Origin: a virus
Length of the DNA stretch: 17,643 nucleotides
Virus record (IMG/VR): IMGVR_UViG_3300045988_044263
Reading direction: 5' to 3' (one strand)
Of this stretch, positions 1 to 5,220 are shown piece by piece. Every line of letters starts with the position of its first letter. Position 1 is the first letter of the stretch. The position numbers and the translations under genes are program-made. Below the pieces are notes generated by a model. That model did no database searches. It was not told the origin of the DNA and saw only the letters and a list, made by a program, of their open reading frames with translations.

Positions 1-315
1 AAAAAGGAGGGGAGGGCCCCCAGCAGCTATCCTTTTTCCACTGCTGTTGTGTTGTGTGTTTTGTTTTTGTGTTTTGTTCTGTGTTTTTTGTTGTTTCTCT
101 TGTTTTGTTGTTTGTTGTTGTTTTTGTTTCTTTCTATTTTGCTGTGTTCTTTTCTGTTGTTGATTCTATCTGGTGTTTGTCTCATGGTTTTGGTGCGTGG
201 TTTTGTTCGTGTTTTAAGTGCGTTGTTTTTTTATCGTTTTTTGTGGTGTTCGGCGTGTTGTGTTTGTGGTGTGGTATTATGTTAATTGTCAGCCAGTGAA
301 TAGGGAAAGGATGGT
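1..315. repeat. Left inverted terminal repeat (315 bp)
   Basis: Bases 1-315 are the exact reverse complement of 17329-17643. This was checked at the outer ends and at the inner junction. The identical artefactual 81-aa ORFs 54..299(+) and 17345..17590(-) confirm identity in between. Identity stops after ATGGT (311-315). The terminus is 5'-AAAAA. Confidence 0.95.
272..280 (+). promoter_or_regulatory. Extended -10-like element TGGTATTAT inside the left ITR, facing inward
   Basis: A TGn + TATTAT motif lies about 40 nt upstream of the first left-end gene. It is followed by the SD-like GGGAAAGGATGG (303-314). No convincing -35 is present. Confidence 0.35.
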
Positions 316-319
316 TGAT

Positions 320-577
320 ATGTGGTGTTTTATTGTTACGCCTGACGATTTTACGGTATTTGAGTTCACGTCTGAGTATGTGGCGGTGAGAGGCCCATAT
401 TCGGCTGGTACGTTTAAGGAGGCGTTGGATGGTGTGCTTGACGTTGTTCGTCAGGCGTTTTCCGGGGTTGATGTGTATGTTGGTTTTTCCCGTTCTTCAT
501 TTGATTCAAACGGGTTTTTGAATGGTGTTGTTGATGTGCGTTTGTTGTCTGAGGGGGTGTTTGATGATGGTGAGTGA
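320..577 (+). CDS. Small early protein, unknown function (85 aa); left-terminal gene
   Basis: This is the non-ITR part of ORF 218..577. ATG 320 sits 9 nt after the SD-like AAAGG (306-310). ATG 311 is an alternative but abuts the SD. The composition is non-low-complexity, unlike the upstream ITR part of the ORF. Confidence 0.6.
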   Translation: MWCFIVTPDDFTVFEFTSEYVAVRGPYSAGTFKEALDGVLDVVRQAFSGVDVYVGFSRSSFDSNGFLNGVVDVRLLSEGVFDDGE

Positions 578-815
578 TGAGGTTGTTGCCGTGTTTCCGT
601 CCAAGTTTAAGGAAGGTGATGTACGGATGGTGTATTGTCCTCATAATCGGATATATGAACTACGATATGCGGTGTTGTTGCCGCCTTGGGCTGGCGGTAG
701 GCGTCGTTTGGTTTGGTCGGCTGTGGCGTTTGATGCGTGTGATTACGCTCAGGTGGCTCGTATGCTGATTGATGCGAGGGCGTTGGCTGATACGTTGTTG
801 TTGGAGAGGTGTTGA
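564..815 (+). CDS. Small early protein, unknown function (83 aa)
   Basis: Within ORF 522..815. ATG 564 is preceded by GAGGGGG (551-557). It overlaps the upstream stop (577), suggesting translational coupling. Confidence 0.6.
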   Translation: MMVSDEVVAVFPSKFKEGDVRMVYCPHNRIYELRYAVLLPPWAGGRRRLVWSAVAFDACDYAQVARMLIDARALADTLLLERC

Positions 816-817
816 TT

Positions 818-1327
818 ATGAAGGGTAATGATGGTTGTGCGAATTGGTTTGATGATGGCGTGCTGGATGATGATCGTGTGCGCCGTGTTACTCGTGGTCG
901 TCGGTGTAATTTACACTTGCGGGAGTATAACCGTGGTGAGGGTGACTGGGAAACGTTTTGCCGTACTGTAGCACTGCTTAAGGACTTTTATAAGCCTCAA
1001 GGCCGTCAGGTGGCGTTTGCTGACAGTGTTGAACATGCGGCGAACGTTTGTTTAAGTATCTCGCCAAGTTCGTCAATGTACGCCGCGTTGTCTCGAACGC
1101 AGGATATTGAAATGTTGTCCGGTCTTATCTATTGTCCGGCAATGGTGGCGTGGTGTGCTGTCTGTCATGTCAAGGGCGCGTCATGTTATGAGATGTGTAG
1201 GATTTGGGAGGGTGCTGGGTTTGCTCAGACTGTCGTCAAAGTTGCGTGTCTCTGTTTTGACAATTTGACTGATGAACGGTATACTGATGAAGACATTGCA
1301 AGAATGTCGCAATGGCAGGAACATTAA
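818..1327 (+). CDS. Cys-rich early protein, unknown function (169 aa)
   Basis: Within ORF 809..1327. ATG 818 follows GGAGAGG (803-809) and sits 3 nt after the upstream stop. It has a C-terminal cluster of Cys residues (CPAMVAWCAVCHVKGASCYEMC). Confidence 0.65.
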   Translation: MKGNDGCANWFDDGVLDDDRVRRVTRGRRCNLHLREYNRGEGDWETFCRTVALLKDFYKPQGRQVAFADSVEHAANVCLSISPSSSMYAALSRTQDIEMLSGLIYCPAMVAWCAVCHVKGASCYEMCRIWEGAGFAQTVVKVACLCFDNLTDERYTDEDIARMSQWQEH

Positions 1328-1339
1328 GGAAAAGGCGGT

Positions 1340-1657
1340 ATGACTATGGCATACATCAAGCGAGCCAGGCACTATAGTATTGTGCGCGGCGTTACGCGCA
1401 GTGAAAACGGCGAACTCGTGGACACCGAAGTGGTCGTGGATGGCGCGTGCCGCACGGCTGACACGGCTATGAAAAAAGCCCGTAAGATTAACAAGGACAT
1501 GCTTCCCATGTCCGCTGAATACCATGCGCAGGTGTCGCGCATGGATGAGGCAATCTATTGGGCTAATTGCGAATTTGGAGATGATACTATCGTTGACTAT
1601 CCGGGGTCGGTTGACGGCAACGTGGTTGAAGATGATATCATTTCCGAGGAAAAATAA
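1340..1657 (+). CDS. Early protein, unknown function (105 aa)
   Basis: ORF 1340..1657 is preceded by AAGGAAAAGG (1326-1335). No motif was recognised. Confidence 0.65.
   Translation: MTMAYIKRARHYSIVRGVTRSENGELVDTEVVVDGACRTADTAMKKARKINKDMLPMSAEYHAQVSRMDEAIYWANCEFGDDTIVDYPGSVDGNVVEDDIISEEK
1633..1641 (+). promoter_or_regulatory. Extended -10-like TGATATCAT upstream of the putative SSB gene
   Basis: A TGn + TATCAT motif lies 47 nt before ATG 1688. Support comes from the sequence pattern only. Confidence 0.2.
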
Positions 1658-1687
1658 TTACTGGCTCTATTAAGAAAGGCAACACGT

Positions 1688-2125
1688 ATGGCTGACAACG
1701 AACTGGCCGTAGCAAACGGCAATAATTTTGCGGCTAACGGCGCTAACGCTGTATCCCATTTCTTCAACACTGACACTATGGACGGCAAAATGGCGCTGTA
1801 TAACGCCATGCAGACGTCCGATAAGGTGGACGAACATCTCAATGAGCCACTGCATGTGACCAACGTGCTTGCTCAGGCTGTTGAGGTGGCTAATCAGGAG
1901 ACCGGTGAAATCAACTCATCTACCCGTGTTGTCATTCATGCGGAGGAAGGTGACTTTGCTGCCGCTTCCCCTGCGCTGGCACACGCTTTTGGTAATCTGT
2001 TCGCGATTTTCGGAACGCCGGACACGTGGGGTCATCCGCTTGTTCTCAAGGTGGTGGAAAAGAAGAGTCGCCGTGGATTCAAGTTCTTTGACCTTGAATT
2101 GGTGTCGGAAAAAGACCGTGGGTAG
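1688..2125 (+). CDS. Putative phage-type single-stranded DNA-binding protein (145 aa)
   Basis: An SD (AAGAAAGG) precedes ATG 1688. The layout resembles the OB-fold SSB family of Gram-positive phages: ...DGK.ALYNA...(V/L)..HL.EP..V..V......V....TGE.....R.V....EG.....S......F..L..IFG.P..W..P....V...K....F..L.LV. Its position just upstream of the TP/pol genes fits a replication role. Remembered pattern, not searched. Confidence 0.45.
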   Translation: MADNELAVANGNNFAANGANAVSHFFNTDTMDGKMALYNAMQTSDKVDEHLNEPLHVTNVLAQAVEVANQETGEINSSTRVVIHAEEGDFAAASPALAHAFGNLFAIFGTPDTWGHPLVLKVVEKKSRRGFKFFDLELVSEKDRG

Positions 2126-2153
2126 AATATTTGTCCACATCATATGATAGCAT

Positions 2154-2179
2154 GGCAACGTCCCTATAGGGATGTTGCC
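2154..2179 (+). other. Stem-loop (11-bp stem, TATA loop)
   Basis: GGCAACGTCCC / TATA / GGGATGTTGCC, with one G.U pair in RNA. Confidence 0.6.
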
Positions 2180-2188
2180 GCCAAAACT

Positions 2189-2229
2189 CACCCTCCGTCG
2201 TTTTCCATTCTTACGGCGGGGGGTGTTTT
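2189..2229 (+). terminator. Intrinsic terminator-like hairpin after the early/SSB block
   Basis: A 13-bp stem, CACCCTCCGTCGT (2189-2201) / ACGGCGGGGGGTG (2213-2225), with two G.U pairs and an 11-nt loop. It is followed by TTTT (2226-2229). Confidence 0.55.
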
Positions 2230-2251
2230 ACACTCATAAGGGGGGGGGGCC

Positions 2252-3196
2252 GTGGCAAAACGTAAAAACAACCGACGCGCCAACAACCTGAAACGCAACG
2301 CCGCCATCAGGTCGGCACAGGTACGCCGAGAGCAAGCGGTTAGGGATTACAGTACCGGACACCTCCCCAAGCAAATCACCGAAACGTTTTTAGGAAAACT
2401 CAGCGCCCAACAGCTCGAACAGGTTGCACGCCGCATCGGGCAGGAGTTTGGGGAACAGCAACAAGCCTTGAGGGCCCGAGATAACGAGCCGTACCAAGTC
2501 GTACCTGATATCCATATTACGAAATTTGACCGTGAGATGGCAGCGCGTCCGTTGATTGCTGATGCAGAGATCGCCGCCGCCCCGTCAAAACGTCGGAAAA
2601 CATTACGACAACAACAGCGCCGCCGCATCGAGGCACGGCAGAAAATCAAACGCGCCCAACAATTCGAGGCGTTGAGCATGGCCCGCTACACAGTGGGCGA
2701 AATACGTGAAATGGAACGCGCCGGAGAATCCCCTTTTGACGTGTTGGGTACTCATACGGTCGGCGGTTCGGCGCGTGACGAACTCACGCGCAACCGGGCG
2801 AACGTGTTCGGCTCGGAGCGTGGAGTAAGCCACGCGCGTATGATGATACGAGAGGGAAGCAGGAGGAGACTTGAACGTGAGCTACTCGAATACGCCGGGC
2901 TTATAGGCCGAGCGCCATTGCATGCAGGCACTGGGAAAGTCCCCAAGAATGAGGGGGTTTCGGAGTTTGATAGAGTCGCACAACAGCTTGAAGCGTTTGA
3001 CTCCAATATCGCCCAAAAATTCGCGTCTTTATCAAACCGTCAAAAACGATGGCTGATAAACAACACGAACTTCAGCATCGTGGTACGAGAAGCCGCATGG
3101 TATAATGATAAGACGCATAAATGGGAGACAAAGGCGGATGCGGGTGATGTAGAGACGCGACTTGATGAATGGATGGCCGACGCGATACGACACTAA
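2252..3196 (+). CDS. Putative terminal protein (primer for protein-primed replication), 314 aa
   Basis: It lies immediately upstream of the protein-primed PolB, with its stop at 3194-3196 and the pol ATG at 3210, as in phi29-like genomes. The N-terminus is strongly basic (MAKRKNNRRANNLKRNAAIRSAQVRREQ). It has a GTG start after a G10 tract. The call rests on synteny and composition; no TP motif was verified. Confidence 0.55.
   Translation: MAKRKNNRRANNLKRNAAIRSAQVRREQAVRDYSTGHLPKQITETFLGKLSAQQLEQVARRIGQEFGEQQQALRARDNEPYQVVPDIHITKFDREMAARPLIADAEIAAAPSKRRKTLRQQQRRRIEARQKIKRAQQFEALSMARYTVGEIREMERAGESPFDVLGTHTVGGSARDELTRNRANVFGSERGVSHARMMIREGSRRRLERELLEYAGLIGRAPLHAGTGKVPKNEGVSEFDRVAQQLEAFDSNIAQKFASLSNRQKRWLINNTNFSIVVREAAWYNDKTHKWETKADAGDVETRLDEWMADAIRH
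3098..3106 (+). promoter_or_regulatory. Extended -10 consensus TGGTATAAT (inside the 3' end of the TP gene, about 100 nt before the pol start)
   Basis: Exact TGNTATAAT match. Function is inferred from sequence only. Confidence 0.3.
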
Positions 3197-3209
3197 AAAG
3201 GATGGAATT

Positions 3210-4670
3210 ATGCGAGAGCGTCGAACGGCGGTAACGGACGGTGCAACACTATTGGCGGATGACGGCGTGGAACCATTGACGGCGACGGCCGTTATCCGTC
3301 TCACCATGCTCGACCATCATACGCGCGTATGGTGTGCTCACGGATGGCAGGACATTAAGCCCATAGCCGCCGAACTGTTGGCACGACTCCCGTTGCAACC
3401 GAACCCAGCCAAGGACGGTGTATGGGGCACGTTCAACATTCGCGGGCACTTCTACAGTTTTCGCGTGCGCATGGGCGGTACCACCGTGGATTTTCTGGAC
3501 GTGCGCAATGTCACACGTGACGATGGCCTGAATGTTTCACGTGAAACGTTCGGCGGCACGGACGATTTGGAAACCACGTGGAACGTTGCACAGGAATGCG
3601 CCGCCCTGAACCTCAGGGGCACGACCATAGCATCAATGGCAATGACCGACTACATTGATGGCGATTACGCCGGATTCAAACGCCATTTCCCGCCATTGGA
3701 CAGGGGCGACTATCACCGGATGCGCCCCGCCTACTATGGGGCGATAGTGCACAGCAAGCCGGGCGAATACCGGAATTGCCGGAGTTGGGACGTGAACAGT
3801 CTCTATCCGAGCATCATGCACGATGCGCCAATGCCCGTAGGCTCACCCATATGGTATGACGGCGAATATCGACACGACAATGATTATCCGCTACATATCG
3901 ATGTTATCGCGTTTGACGCGCGATTGAAAACGGGAAAAACGGCGACGCTCACCAATATCCTGCCTGTATGGGGGTATGAGGGCGAACGCTTGGATAGCAC
4001 GCTCGGCGTCGTTACCATGCCCGTTACGGATGTGGATTGGGAAACGCTGACCGAAAACTATGACATCCACGTGTGGGAGCACGTGGGCGGCTGGAAGTTC
4101 CGCAAATCACACGGGTTATATTGTGCATACGTGGACAAATGGTTTCACGTGAAACAGGCCGCAACCGGAGAGCGTAGGCAGATAGCGAAACTGCTGCTGA
4201 ACTCGCTGGTGGGGAAATTCGGTGCCTCGCTCTACCGTCCCATGTTGCATCCGAAGCCGTCCGTGGATGGTGGCGTGGATTTTACCGTGGACAAACCCGA
4301 GTCGGCCAGCAGTCTGGCGTGGCTGCCGACCGCCGCATTTATCAACGCCTGCGGACGGCGAATACTATCCCGCGCAATGAACGCGAACGCCGACCGCGTA
4401 CTTTACGCCGACACCGACGGCGTGATATTGGAAGGGTTGGACACACCCTTTGGTATCGAAACGGATGACCGGAAACTAGGGGCGTGGAAAAACGACCATA
4501 CCTATGAGAGGCTCCGTATTCTCGGCAATCGTAAATATTGCGGTGTGGAGACGAGTGGCGATACGGTAATGCGTTTGAGTGGCGTGCATCGTGCCGCTCC
4601 TGTCCTCTATGATGAGTTTCTGCCGGGGTCACGTCATCTCAATGACGACGGCCATGCTTTCGTGCTATAA
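3210..4670 (+). CDS. Family-B, protein-primed DNA polymerase (phi29 gp2-like), 486 aa
   Basis: Recognised motifs:
- Motif A: SWDVNSLYPSIM (3789-3812 core).
- DYPLHI block, identical to phi29.
- Motif B: AKLLLNSLVGKFG (4188-4223).
- A TPR2-length insertion.
- Motif C: LYADTDGV (4404-4421).
- RKY near the C-terminus.

The start is placed at ATG 3210, after AAAAAGGA (3196-3203). The ORF track extends it to 3162. Confidence 0.93.
   Translation: MRERRTAVTDGATLLADDGVEPLTATAVIRLTMLDHHTRVWCAHGWQDIKPIAAELLARLPLQPNPAKDGVWGTFNIRGHFYSFRVRMGGTTVDFLDVRNVTRDDGLNVSRETFGGTDDLETTWNVAQECAALNLRGTTIASMAMTDYIDGDYAGFKRHFPPLDRGDYHRMRPAYYGAIVHSKPGEYRNCRSWDVNSLYPSIMHDAPMPVGSPIWYDGEYRHDNDYPLHIDVIAFDARLKTGKTATLTNILPVWGYEGERLDSTLGVVTMPVTDVDWETLTENYDIHVWEHVGGWKFRKSHGLYCAYVDKWFHVKQAATGERRQIAKLLLNSLVGKFGASLYRPMLHPKPSVDGGVDFTVDKPESASSLAWLPTAAFINACGRRILSRAMNANADRVLYADTDGVILEGLDTPFGIETDDRKLGAWKNDHTYERLRILGNRKYCGVETSGDTVMRLSGVHRAAPVLYDEFLPGSRHLNDDGHAFVL
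3534..3547. repeat. Copy 1 of the 14-nt perfect palindrome GTTTCACGTGAAAC
   Basis: Read directly from the sequence. It lies inside the pol CDS, with codon phase gtt tca cgt gaa acg. The flanks extend it to the near-palindrome AATGTTTCACGTGAAACGTT. Confidence 0.9.
4142..4155. repeat. Copy 2 of the 14-nt perfect palindrome GTTTCACGTGAAAC
   Basis: Read directly from the sequence. It lies inside the pol CDS in a different codon phase (ttt cac gtg aaa cag). Confidence 0.9.
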
Positions 4671-4671
4671 T
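4663..4671 (+). promoter_or_regulatory. Extended -10 consensus TGCTATAAT overlapping the pol stop codon
   Basis: Exact TGNTATAAT match at the start of the 181-nt non-coding gap. The same 9-mer recurs at 15729. Confidence 0.4.
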
Positions 4672-4677
4672 GGTCGG

Positions 4678-4845
4678 TAGCGGGATGTGCGTCCCAAGTC
4701 GATTCGATGGCCCGACCGTAAGGCAAGTCGGTAAGGCGATTCGGTCGGATGTAGACGTGCGTAGCCAGCGCCCAGCGACGGCGAGGGAACCCGCACAGCC
4801 CAGCAACCCGGCATGACGGCGTGATTGCTGTCATGCCACTTACTT
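4678..4845 (+). ncRNA. Candidate structured non-coding RNA (pRNA-like?), regulatory leader, or early/late switch region
   Basis: There is no credible CDS between pol and the scaffold gene. The stretch is bounded by a promoter-like element (4663-4671) and a strong hairpin (4810-4837). It contains internal direct repeats and alternative pairings. The boundaries are guesses. Confidence 0.25.
4810..4837 (+). terminator. Strong hairpin (terminator-like) before the late genes
   Basis: GGCATGACGGCG / TGAT / TGCTGTCATGCC forms 12 bp: 8 perfect pairs, then 4 more of which 2 are G.U. It is followed by CACTTACTTT, a weak U-tract. Confidence 0.45.
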
Positions 4846-4857
4846 TAAGAGGTGATT

Positions 4858-5199
4858 ATGGACGACACCGAAAACGATGACAAGCCGGACGCCACGCCCG
4901 ACATCAAGCCGGACGCCAACGCCGCCGACAATACGCCGAACCCGGAGCCTGAAACGCAGGATGACGGCGAACCGGAAGACGCTGGCGACGACAAGAACGC
5001 CGACATGGCCAACCGTCTCAGCGCTCTGGAAGCGACCGTGGCCGAACTCTCCAAGACCATTGAAGAGATGCGCGACGCCGCCGCTGACCATGTGCTGAAC
5101 GATGGCCCGGACGGCGACACGACGCCGGACGCCACGGAAATGACCGATGATGACTATAACGGGACCTATAGTACATTCGATGACCTGTATGAAGACTAA
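4858..5199 (+). CDS. Putative head scaffolding protein (113 aa, very acidic)
   Basis: AAGAGG (4847-4852) precedes ATG 4858; the ORF track starts at GTG 4852. The protein has a D/E/P/T-rich N-terminal half and a helical segment (ANRLSALEATVAELSKTIEEMRDAAA). It sits directly upstream of the major capsid gene, as phi29 gp7 does. Confidence 0.55.
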   Translation: MDDTENDDKPDATPDIKPDANAADNTPNPEPETQDDGEPEDAGDDKNADMANRLSALEATVAELSKTIEEMRDAAADHVLNDGPDGDTTPDATEMTDDDYNGTYSTFDDLYED

Positions 5200-5220
5200 T
5201 AATTAGGAGGAATAACTATC

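Noticed and set aside
49-299. ORFs 49..285 and 54..299, with mirror copies at 17345..17595, encode Phe/Leu/Val/Cys-only 'proteins'
   Set aside because: They lie wholly within the GT-rich ITR. Their amino-acid composition is the direct translation of G+T low-complexity DNA. They have no SD or start context, and identical copies on both ends simply reflect the repeat. They are translation artefacts.
2126-2251. tRNA or other small RNA gene in the structured SSB/TP intergenic region
   Set aside because: Only two simple consecutive hairpins are present, the second with a U-tract. No cloverleaf or conserved tRNA boxes were recognised. The region is best read as a terminator plus the TP translation-initiation region.
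4634-4834. 66-aa minus-strand ORF filling the pol/scaffold gap
   Set aside because: It has no convincing SD and an Arg/Pro/Thr/Trp-rich composition. It overlaps the pol 3' end, and it would be the only antisense gene in the interior of a unidirectional genome. The repeats and hairpins of the region argue for a non-coding function.
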